A DNA stretch of 64,000 nucleotides, taken from positions 32,001 to 96,000 of the forward strand of contig CAVTLK010000003.1 in NCBI GenBank assembly GCA_963735595.1, written 5' to 3'. The notes below the pieces were generated by a model. The model saw nothing but the letters and a program-made list of their open reading frames with translations. It was not told where the DNA came from and ran no database searches. The position numbers and the translations under genes are program-made. Positions within the stretch are counted from its first letter, which is position 1. Each line of letters begins with the position of its first letter. The stretch is from an uncultured delta proteobacterium (GTDB lineage: Bacteria > Desulfobacterota > Zymogenia > Zymogenales > Zymogenaceae). Shown here piece by piece: positions 51,712 through 61,279 of the stretch.

Positions 51712-53400
51712 TTAGTTCTTGCTCATGGGCTCGAGCTTGGGCTCGATGACCGGCGCGGGAGCGGGCGCAGGAGCCGGCTTTTCGCAGATGTCAAAGAGGT
51801 ATCCGAATCCGGCGGATACGCCCCAGCGGTTGAGCATATTGCCTTCGACGTTGAAGTAGAGGCGGTCGTTGACGTAATAGTCGACGCCGGCAAAGATGCC
51901 GAACGAATCTTTCTGGTCGAAGTTGAGATCGATGTCGGCGTCAAGGGGGATAACTCTGGCCGATGTCGTAGCTTGCCTCGGCCCAGGCCCAGCGGTACTC
52001 AACGCCGAGGTAGGGGGTCAGGCCGATATCCTTGAAGTGCCAGCCGGCGTGGATATCCGGGGTGAGGGTGATCATCCTGGTGCTGATCTTGGTCGGGAAG
52101 CCCGCGATGATGGGTGCGATGTCAGCGCCGCCGACGGTTCCGCTGATCTTGAGGGTCTTGTCGTCCCGAAGGAATGGGTGAAGAGCAGCCCGCCGCCGAT
52201 ATAGAACCCGTTATCGCCGCGGAAGAAGGTCGCCTTCACACCCAGGCCGTAGAGGAAGCTGGCGGAGCTGTCGTACTTGGCGTTGATATTGATGCCGCCT
52301 AATAGCGGCGTATGTAAGGACGTCGGCGTCAAGGGACTCGAACCGCGCGCCCACGAGGCCGTAGATATCGATGTTGGGATGAACGCCCCAGTTGAGCTGC
52401 GCGTAGACGTCGTGCATGGTCAGGTCATAGCTGCCGGCGTCGAGCAAGCGGGAAGTTGGTTGAGAGCTCCGTTGACATGTACGAGTAGCGAAGCTGGGGC
52501 AGGAGACGGCAGTCACCGACGGTATCGCTACCGGCGCCGCCGCCGCCCAGGAACGGCGAGTTCATCGGCCGATCTCGACGTCCCGTTGATGTCAAAGAGG
52601 TAGCCCACGCTTGCGCTCACGCCCCAGCGGTTCAGCATATTGCCTTCGACGTTGAAGTAGAGGTGGTCGGTGACGTAATAGTCGACGCCGGCGAAGATGC
52701 CGATACGAGTCTTTCTGTTCCAGGTTGAGATCGATATCGCCGTCAAGGGGGATAACTGCTGGCCGATGTCGTAGCTCGCCTTGGCCCACGCCCAGCGGTA
52801 CTCGACGCCGATGTAGGGGGTCAGGTCGATGTTCTTGAAGTGCCAGCCGGCGTGGATATCCGGGGTGAGGGTGATCATGCTGGTGCTTGAGCTTGCCGGC
52901 CGAGAGGCTGAACGGACCGCCGCCGACGGTCCCGTCGATATTGAGGGACTGCTCGCCGCCGAAGGAATGGGTGAAGAGCAACGCCGCCGCCGATGTAGAA
53001 CCCGTTATCGTTACGGAAGAAGGTCGCCTTTACGCCCAGGCCGTAGAGGAAGTTGGCGGAGTAGTCGTAGTCCGCGTTGATGTTGATGCCCGCAAGCGGG
53101 ATGTCCAGGACGTCGCCGTGCAGCGCGTCAAAACGTGCACCGGCCAGCCCGATGAGGTCGATGTTGGGATGCACGCCCCAGTTGAGCTGCGCGTACACGT
53201 CGTGTGTCGGTCAGGTTATAGGTGCCGGAATTAAGAAGCGGGAAGTTAGTTGCACGAGCTTCGTATTGCATGTACGAGTAGCGAAGCTCGGGCCGGAGCT
53301 TCCCGTCACCGACGGTGTCGCTGCCTTCGCCGGCGAATACGGACGCCGCCAGGAGCAGGGTAAGCCCCAAGGCTAACGTGAGAAACAAGGATCTCTTCAT
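51712..53400 (-). CDS. Array copy 8: apparent tandem double beta-barrel protein (frameshifted)
   Basis: One signal peptide (53400), two barrel domains joined at about 52530-52590, and one tail (51712). Confidence 0.65.
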
Positions 53401-53942
53401 CTTTTACCTCCATGCTTGATGACAAGCGATTCTCATCCGTGAATATATAAACGGTTGAGTACATTAAATAGCGAACGAAATAGAGTAGAATTATAGCAGT
53501 CTAATGTTTCATGTCAACCAAAAAAGGACTATCTGCTGAAAAGAAATCGTGTATAAAGTGAGTTAAAACAATATAATAGGAATAGCTGCATTAAATTGAA
53601 CCATGCGTGCAACTTTACATGATAGCGGCAGTATTTGCATATGCGAATATTCGCACGGTCCGGTAAACTCCCACTCGCCCAACGGTTCCGTATATCAGGA
53701 GAGCGCCCCCAGCCCACCAGGAGGCCACCTGCCGTAAACCGTCAGATCAGTACGTAAGGCGTTTACAAACCGCCCCCACTAATGACCTCCGGGGGCGTGA
53801 TATTAAGTGAATATTGTTAAATCAGCTTAACAATGTAAGCATGGTCACTCCTCCTTCCCGAATAAAGGGTGATATAATATGGTTATATCTGAAAACCGTA
53901 ATCAAGGATTCAGCGACCTTCACTGAAAAGGAGTCTGCTACC

Positions 53943-55682
53943 ATGAAACGAATCTTTCTTGCCGTGTTTGGTTTCCTTCTTTCGTTCGCGTTATTGGTCA
54001 CTTACGGGTGGGCTGCCGAGTGGGCTCCCCGCAATAAGGTCGTGTTCTATCAGGACTACGGATGCGATACGGGCAACGATCTTGAACTCGGTGCAGGCAG
54101 CTACCCGGATTTGCGCGACTATCGGACGGGAGGGTCCGGTGGACAGAACTGGAACGATCAAATCTCGTCCATGGTGATCGGGGCGAGCGTAACCACGGTA
54201 ATCGTCTATGAACATATCAATTACGGAGGCAGGAGCAAGGAGTTCACCAGGTCATGGAAAAAGCACAACGAAGACTGCAACACAATGGACGAGTGGTGGA
54301 ATGACAAGATCAGCTCCGTCAAGATCATCGGACCGGGATCCTCCTCTCCGTGGGACGAACCCGTTACCCGCGACAAGGCCGTTTTCTACCAGGACGGCGG
54401 ATGTGACGGCGGCAATTACGTTGAGCTTGAAGAGGGGGAATACGCGGACCTGCGAGAGCTCAGGGTAAAGGGATCGGGCAGTTCCACCTGGAACGACCGG
54501 ATCTCGTGTATGGTAATCGGATCGGGTATCTCCAAGGTGATCGTCTATGAGCACGTCAACTTCGGTGGGAGGAGCAGCGTATTCACCCGATCGGGAGGGG
54601 GGTCGGACTCAATCCAGAATATTATGGGCGGCTGGTGGGACGACAAGATCAGCTCAATCAAGGTCATCGGTACGGGATCGTCCTCTCCGTGGGATGCACC
54701 CGTTACCCGCGATAGGGCCGTGTTCTACCAGGACGGCGGGTGCGACGGCGGCAATTACGTTGAGCTTGAAGAGGGGGAATACGCGGACCTGCGCAAGCTT
54801 AAAGTAAAGGGATCGGGCAGTTCCACCTGGAACGACCGGATCTCGTGCATGGTAATCGGATCGGGTATCTCCAAGGTGATCGTCTACGAGCACGTCAACT
54901 TCGAGGGGAGGAGCAGCGTATTCACCCGATCGGGGTGGACGGACTCAATCCAAAATATTGAGGGTGGTTGGTGGGATGACAAGATCAGCTCAATCAAGGT
55001 CATCGGTACGGAATCTTCCAAACCGTGGAAGAAGCCGATCGCACGGGACAAGGCCGTGTTCTACCAGGACGATAAATGCGAAGGAGGCACCTACGTGGAG
55101 CTGAGAGAAGGGGAATACCCGGATCTCCGTGAGCTCAGGGTAAAGGGATCGGGCAGCGACACCTGGAACGATCGAATCTCTTGCATAACGATCGGGTCAG
55201 AGATCTCCCAGGTTATAATCTATCAACACCCGAACTTCGAGGGGAAGGGCAAGGTCCTCACGCGGTCAAGCGGCGAACCAGACGTAAGTTGGAGCCTTCT
55301 GGGCGGATGGAGTTATAAAAAGATATCTTCGATCAAGGTAATCGGCTCAGGATCGGGGACGCCGCGGGACGAACCGGCCCCGCGCAATAGAGCCGTGTTC
55401 TACCAGGACAACTGCGGCAGCGGGGACCGTATAGAACTGGCAAAAGGCGAATACCCGGATTTACGCGAGTTTGCGGTAAAGGGCTCGAGCAGCGCCACCT
55501 GGAACGACCGAATCTCATGCATAACTATCGGGCTGGGGATAAACAAGGTAACCGTCTATGAACACCCGAATTTTGAGGGGAAGAGCAGGGAGTTCACGCG
55601 GCCGTGGGGCGGCTCGGACACAAACTGGAGCCTCTCAGGCCTGTGGTGCAACGACAAGGTCACTTCGCTCAAGGTTCAGTAG
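53943..55682 (+). CDS. Secreted protein with five beta/gamma-crystallin domains
   Basis: Signal peptide; five ~110-aa repeats VFYQD..C...WNDRISC...VYEH.NF.G...W(D/N)DKISSIKV; AAGGAG RBS. Confidence 0.88.
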   Translation: MKRIFLAVFGFLLSFALLVTYGWAAEWAPRNKVVFYQDYGCDTGNDLELGAGSYPDLRDYRTGGSGGQNWNDQISSMVIGASVTTVIVYEHINYGGRSKEFTRSWKKHNEDCNTMDEWWNDKISSVKIIGPGSSSPWDEPVTRDKAVFYQDGGCDGGNYVELEEGEYADLRELRVKGSGSSTWNDRISCMVIGSGISKVIVYEHVNFGGRSSVFTRSGGGSDSIQNIMGGWWDDKISSIKVIGTGSSSPWDAPVTRDRAVFYQDGGCDGGNYVELEEGEYADLRKLKVKGSGSSTWNDRISCMVIGSGISKVIVYEHVNFEGRSSVFTRSGWTDSIQNIEGGWWDDKISSIKVIGTESSKPWKKPIARDKAVFYQDDKCEGGTYVELREGEYPDLRELRVKGSGSDTWNDRISCITIGSEISQVIIYQHPNFEGKGKVLTRSSGEPDVSWSLLGGWSYKKISSIKVIGSGSGTPRDEPAPRNRAVFYQDNCGSGDRIELAKGEYPDLREFAVKGSSSATWNDRISCITIGLGINKVTVYEHPNFEGKSREFTRPWGGSDTNWSLSGLWCNDKVTSLKVQ

Positions 55683-55699
55683 ACCCGATCATGGGTGAT

Positions 55700-55732
55700 A
55701 TACGGGGGCCGTTTGAGAAAACGGCCCCCGTA
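55700..55732 (+). terminator. Hairpin terminator
   Basis: ATACGGGGGCCGTTT-gag-AAACGGCCCCCGTAT. Confidence 0.7.
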
Positions 55733-55943
55733 TTATGTAATCGAAGACCATGAAACTTTCGACTGTACCGTCCCGGTATACCCGGTATTTCTCGTGCCTT
55801 CCTCTTTTCCCTTGCCTTTCCTCTCTAAAATCCGCTACAGTTGAACCGGCGTACCGGAAGATCGCGTTCGCCGCGAGGCCAAAGGACGCATCTCATCATG
55901 CTATCATACCTACTACCATAGTTCCTGCTATCGGAGGGATGCC

Positions 55944-56726
55944 ATGGATTACACCAACAAGACGATTCTGATTACCGGGGCCTCGTCCGGCATCGGGCGG
56001 GCCGTCGCCATGGCGTTGAGCCGGCACAATAACGACATCTTCATCACGGCGCGGCGGAAGAAACTGCTCGACCAGACCGCCGACATGGTGACGAAAAACG
56101 GCAGCCGGTGCACTCCCATCGTCGGCGACGCGCTCGACGAGGACTACTGCCGGTCCGTAGTAAACGAGATGGTGAAGAAGTGCGGCCGGATAGACATCGC
56201 GCTTCTGAACGTCGGCGGGGGACCGGCCTCCAACACGCTGACCGTGTCGGCACAGACGGTCCGGGAGTGCATGCGGAGCAACTTCGATACGATGATCAAC
56301 TTCTACTGCCCGCTGATCGCCCAGATGAAAAAGCAGTCGACCAGGTGCCTCATCGCCCACACGAACTCGCTCGCGTCATACTTCGGCATCCCCATGCAGG
56401 GCGACTACACGGCGGCCAAGGCGGCGGGCCGGATATTCCTCGAGACCGCCCGTATGGAGCTGAAACACTTCGGGTACAAACATATCCTCATCCAGACGAT
56501 TCACCCCGGCTTCGTCGACACGCAGACGTGCCGGAACGACGGGATCCCCAGTCCCAACCAAATCAGCGAAGAGGAATCGGCAAAATATATCCTCAAAGGC
56601 TTCAAGACGGAGATTCACGAAAACCGGTTCCCGGCGGGTATGAGCGCGGCGGTAAGATTTGGGAGGATCGCGTCCTACGCCCTCAGGACAATAGTGCTTC
56701 TCGGCGAGACGCCGAAGGAGTATTAA
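55944..56726 (+). CDS. Short-chain dehydrogenase/reductase
   Basis: TGASSGIG, YTAAK and HPGFVDT. Confidence 0.92.
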   Translation: MDYTNKTILITGASSGIGRAVAMALSRHNNDIFITARRKKLLDQTADMVTKNGSRCTPIVGDALDEDYCRSVVNEMVKKCGRIDIALLNVGGGPASNTLTVSAQTVRECMRSNFDTMINFYCPLIAQMKKQSTRCLIAHTNSLASYFGIPMQGDYTAAKAAGRIFLETARMELKHFGYKHILIQTIHPGFVDTQTCRNDGIPSPNQISEEESAKYILKGFKTEIHENRFPAGMSAAVRFGRIASYALRTIVLLGETPKEY

Positions 56727-57359
56727 AAAGGGGGCAGTTGGTCCGGGTTTGTCTCGTATGCGATTTCGTGGAAATATCATTCCTCAAAAAGTGATATCAT
56801 GAACGTAACCGCGAAACGCTGCGCCCGGGCAATACCTTTTACCATGGGATGAGCAGTGAGACAGGGCCCCTTTTTCCAATTTTCAATGCGTTGTTTTTCA
56901 GACGGTCATATCAGCAGGGAATGGCTGAAAGAATGTATTTTTTACGTGAACGCCTTCTTCGAGTATTATACCTGGGTGGAGTTGATCCTCGGTTTTGTCC
57001 TCCCCTTTTCGGCCATCATTTTTCTGGTACTCATCCTTATCCTTTTGATACGACAGTCACCGTCAAAGTCAGGGGAGGGCCAATAGAAAAAGTGGGCGGC
57101 CCTCCGCAATAACGGGTCGAGCGTCGCGTCCGTTGTTCGCCGTGTTTGGCCGCAGGCAAGAAATCAACTCTATCGCCGGCCTGCCTTCCCTTCTTCTTTT
57201 CACTTGCCTTTGATTTTGAAATCCGATACACTGGCCGCATTCCGATCCAACGCGGCTGGCGGGGGAGGGGCCGTCCGGTCGCTCACTTCATGCTTGTCAT
57301 TTTAGAATCTCTCAGATCACCCTCCGCGTTCTTACCACCCTATATCATGGAGCACTCGT

Positions 57360-58824
57360 ATGGTTGATCTCGACGTAAAACTTCCCGTCGGAAGGATGAT
57401 GCTGGGCTACGTTATCATCATCGCCCTTCTGGTGCTGGTAACCGTGGCGACCCATTTTGTCCCCGCGGGCCTCTATGACCGGGTCGAGAAGGTTAATCCC
57501 GAGACCGGCACAACGATGAACGTGATCGTCCCGGACAGTTTCGCCTATGTCACGCCCAACCCGCAGGGGGTGGTTGACCTGCTGATCTCCCCTATCAAGT
57601 CTCTCTACGTACAAGGGGCCGATCGCCGCGATCATCGTTGTCTTCATCATCCTCATCGGCGGCTCGTTTATGGCGATGCGCCGAACGGGGGCGCTGGACG
57701 CCGGGGTGCTGCGGTTTATTAAGAAGTTCGAGGGGAGGGAAAAATACGTCATCCCGGCCCTGATGATATTCTTTTCCCTGTTCGGAGCGCTCTTCGGCAT
57801 CCTCGAGGAGCTGACGCCGTTTATCATCATCGTTGTGCCGATGGCCATCGCCATGGGGTACGATTCGATCGTCGGGCTCATGCTGATATTCGGGGCGTGC
57901 GGCGTCGGGTTTACGGCGGCTATCACAAACCCGTTTACCGTCGGGATCGCCCAGAGGATCGCGGAGATCCCCCTCTTTTCAGGGGCGACCTACCGGATGC
58001 TGGTCTGGGTCGTGATGATGACGATCGCCGTAGGATACACCGCGTGGTACGGCGCCCGGGTACGAAAAGACCCGTCAAAGAGCCTCGTGGCCGATTTCGA
58101 CGCCTCGGTCCGCAAGGAGTTCGTAGAGATCGAAAAGGAGTTTTCCGATTTCACGCCGGCGCACCGGCGGGTCGTCTGGATGATCGGCACACTGGTTGCC
58201 TTTCTTTTCGTCGGGCTGATCGTTGGGCAGCTGGCCGCGCCCAAGGTCATGGCCGACATAAGCCTGCCGTTCGTCGTCCTCATATTCGTCGTCATGGGCG
58301 TTGCCTCGGGGCTCCTGGGAGGGCTCGGCGCCTGGGGGACTCTCAAGGCCTTTGTCAAGGGATTCATCACGTTTATTCCCGCCGGTCTCTTCATCATGCT
58401 GGCGCGGGCCGTTATCGTCATCGCCGACGAGGGAAAGATCATCGATACGATTCTTTTTTGGTTATCGGGGTTCATCGCGCAATTTCACGTGGTGTTCGCC
58501 TCCTGGGCGATGCTGCTGGTGCAGACGATTATCAACTTTTTCCTCTCGTCCGGCTCGGCCCAGGCGATGGTAACGATCCCGGTAATGGTGCCGCTCGGAG
58601 AGCTGGTCGGCATCACGCGGCAGGTGACGGTCCTGGCCTTCCAGATGGGAGATGGATTCTCCAATATCTTCTGGCCGACCAATCCCCTCCTGATTGTCGC
58701 CGTGTCGCTGGCCGGCATCACCTGGACCAAGTGGGCGCGTTTCATGCTGCCGCTGCAGATAATGCTGCTTACGGCGGGCTTCCTGATGCTGACGATTGCG
58801 GTGCTCATCGGGTGGGGGCCGTAG
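57360..58824 (+). CDS. YfcC-family transporter; frameshift near 57617
   Basis: VPAGLYDR, GYDSIVG, NPFTVGIAQRIAE.PLFSG, SGSAQA and AFQMGDGFSN. Confidence 0.88.
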
Positions 58825-58887
58825 CGGCGCACACGAAGGAGGATTCGCCGGGGCCCGATGGGGGGAGGAAGGAAGAGACTATTTTCG

Positions 58888-58980
58888 CTATTGCGAGGAG
58901 CCGAAGGCGAAGCGGGAATTCCCCGACTGTGACCGTGCAGCAGGGAAATTGCCCCGGTCACTTCGTTCCCCACGATAACG
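58888..58980. repeat. Degenerate inverted pair of family A repeats
   Basis: GCTATTGCGAGGAGCCGAAGGCGA...GACTGTGACCGTG matches 36034-36083. Confidence 0.6.
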
Positions 58981-59137
58981 GGCATTCGTCCGACCGGGGA
59001 AAATAGGCCGTATGCGAGCAACCCGTGTTTCTTAAACATACTATAATACCTGCTATTACCGCACCATAAGGAGGTTTACCGAAGCGCAATCCTGAAAGAA
59101 CCATGACATAGACCCTTGACCCGAATTGGAGGCCTCT

Positions 59138-61267
59138 ATGCGAACGCTTCAGATTCTGGGAATTGACGCAGGCGGAACGATGACCGACACCATCCTCATC
59201 GATAAGGAGGGGGCAATGGTGATCGGCAAGGCCGCCACAACGCCCCACGATGAATCGATCGGTTTTCTCGCCTCGCTCGCCGACGCACTCGGCTGGTGGG
59301 ATATGAAACCGGAGCACGCAGTGCCGATGCTGGACGCGGCCATCTATTCCGGGACCGCCATGATTAATGCGCTGCTCATGCGGCGGGGCAAGAAAGTGGG
59401 GCTTCTCATCACCAAGGGGCTGGAAGACTACCTCCTCATGGAGCGGGGGGTCCAGACCTATCTCGGTTACCATTATCCAGACAGGCTTCATACCGTCACC
59501 CATGTCCACAATCCCCCCCTGATTCCGCGGCGCTGGGTAAAAGGCATCGGTCAGCGCACCGACATGTTCGGCACGGAGGTAATCCCCCTCTACGAAGACG
59601 AGGTGAGGGCGGCCGCCGAAGAGCTGATCGACGAGGGAGTCGAAGCCCTGACCATCTCTTTTACCTTCTCCTACGTCAACCCGTCCCATGAGCGGCGCGC
59701 CGAAGAAATCGTCCGGGAGGTAATGCCCCGAAAGGGCGTTGACCTTCCCGTCTATATCGGCAGCCGCGTCCAGCCCGTGATGAGGGAGTACTCCCGCCTT
59801 AACTGCGTCGTCATCGAGGCGTACGCCGCCGACCCCTCCCGCCGCCACCTCATCAAGATCGAAGACGAGATCAAGAAACAGGGCTTCAAACGCCGCCTGC
59901 AGATCATGACGGCCCACGGCGGAATTGTGAACGTCCGGGCGGCAAAGGCGTTCCAGAGCCTGATCTCGGGGCCCATCGGCGGAATCATCGGCTCGAAGTA
60001 CGTCGCCGACCGGCTCGGCATCAAGAACGTCATCTGCACCGACATGGGCGGGACGAGCTTCGACGTGGGCCTCATCACCGAGGGGGTCTTTTCCATCAAC
60101 CCGGAACCGGATATCGCCCGTTTCAAGATGAACCTGCCGATGGTCGCGGTCGATTCCATCGGCGCGGGGACGGGCACGTTCATCCGGGTCGACCCGATCA
60201 GTAATCGCGTCGAGCTCGGGCCGGACAGCGCGGGCGCAGACCCCGGCCCCTGCTGTTACGGAATCCAGAAGGAAAACCCGACGATTTGTGACTGCGACGT
60301 GATCAGCGGCATCATCAATCCCGATTACTACCTGGGGGGGACTATCAAGATCTACCGCGATCTGGCCGTGGAGGTTTTTAAGGAAAAGGTGGCCGACAAG
60401 CTGGGGCTGGACATCTTCGAGGCGGCGGCGGGCATGATCAGCCTTGTCGAGACACAAATGCGCGACCATCTCCACGCGATGGTTCTGGGCCGGGGGTTCG
60501 AGACGTTCGACTATTACCTCTCGTCCTACGGGGGGGCCGGGCCGATGCACTGCGCCAGCTACTGCGAAGGGCTTGATTTTAAAGGGATCATGATCCCGGC
60601 CTGGGCGCCGGCGTTTTCGGCCTTCGGGTGCACCTGCGCCGATTACCAGCACCGCGCCGATAAATCGACCCTGGTCATGTTCCCGCTGGGTGCAGACGAA
60701 GCCACGAAGACCGCCCTCGGCGGGATGCTCAACGCCGTCTGGGCCGAGCTCAAGGGGATGCTCCTGGGCGAGTTTGCCGCGGAGGGCTACACCGAGGCTC
60801 AGATCGCGTTTACTCCCTACGTCCGTATGAGTTACACGGGCCAGCTGGACGCCCTGGAGGTCAAATGCCCCACGCTTGAGGTGGCCACGGCCGCGCAGGT
60901 GGACGAGATCATCGGTAACTTCGAGACCCTCTACGAAAAGGTCTTTGCCCGGGCGGCGAAGTTTCCCGAGGCAGGGTACCTCGTGACGGAGGCGGTCCTC
61001 ACGGCGACGGTCGATACCATCAAGCCGGCGCTCCCAAAATCGAAGCTTGCCGCACGCAAGCCCGGCAAGGAAGCCGGCAAGGGTACGCGCGACGTCTACT
61101 GGAGAGGCGGGTGGAAAAAGTTTGCCCTCTACGAGATGGACCTCCTGAAGCCGGGCAACGTAGCCGAGGGGCCCTGCATCGTGGAGCACCCCGCCACGAC
61201 CCTCGTTGTGCCCCCGGATTACCGGGTGCGCATGGACGAATACCGAATATTCTGGATGGAACGGTAA
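59138..61267 (+). CDS. acxA: Acetone carboxylase beta-subunit-like (hydantoinase A family)
   Basis: IDAGGTMTD, SGPIGG, DMGGTSFD, GPDSAG and YGGAGP; acxABC gene order. Confidence 0.85.
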   Translation: MRTLQILGIDAGGTMTDTILIDKEGAMVIGKAATTPHDESIGFLASLADALGWWDMKPEHAVPMLDAAIYSGTAMINALLMRRGKKVGLLITKGLEDYLLMERGVQTYLGYHYPDRLHTVTHVHNPPLIPRRWVKGIGQRTDMFGTEVIPLYEDEVRAAAEELIDEGVEALTISFTFSYVNPSHERRAEEIVREVMPRKGVDLPVYIGSRVQPVMREYSRLNCVVIEAYAADPSRRHLIKIEDEIKKQGFKRRLQIMTAHGGIVNVRAAKAFQSLISGPIGGIIGSKYVADRLGIKNVICTDMGGTSFDVGLITEGVFSINPEPDIARFKMNLPMVAVDSIGAGTGTFIRVDPISNRVELGPDSAGADPGPCCYGIQKENPTICDCDVISGIINPDYYLGGTIKIYRDLAVEVFKEKVADKLGLDIFEAAAGMISLVETQMRDHLHAMVLGRGFETFDYYLSSYGGAGPMHCASYCEGLDFKGIMIPAWAPAFSAFGCTCADYQHRADKSTLVMFPLGADEATKTALGGMLNAVWAELKGMLLGEFAAEGYTEAQIAFTPYVRMSYTGQLDALEVKCPTLEVATAAQVDEIIGNFETLYEKVFARAAKFPEAGYLVTEAVLTATVDTIKPALPKSKLAARKPGKEAGKGTRDVYWRGGWKKFALYEMDLLKPGNVAEGPCIVEHPATTLVVPPDYRVRMDEYRIFWMER

Positions 61268-61279
61268 GAGGAGAAGACT

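Noticed and set aside
44359..53400. Diversity-generating retroelement or shufflon driving barrel variation
   Set aside because: No reverse transcriptase, adenine-specific template/variable pair, invertase or inverted cassettes are visible in the window.
48534..53400. Calling barrel copies 5-8 pseudogenes or phase-variable genes
   Set aside because: Similar single-base indels occur in unrelated genes across the window and are not at long simple-sequence tracts.
56856..57086. Small membrane protein ORF
   Set aside because: It has one hydrophobic stretch but no clear RBS, start or motif, so support is too weak to list it as a feature.
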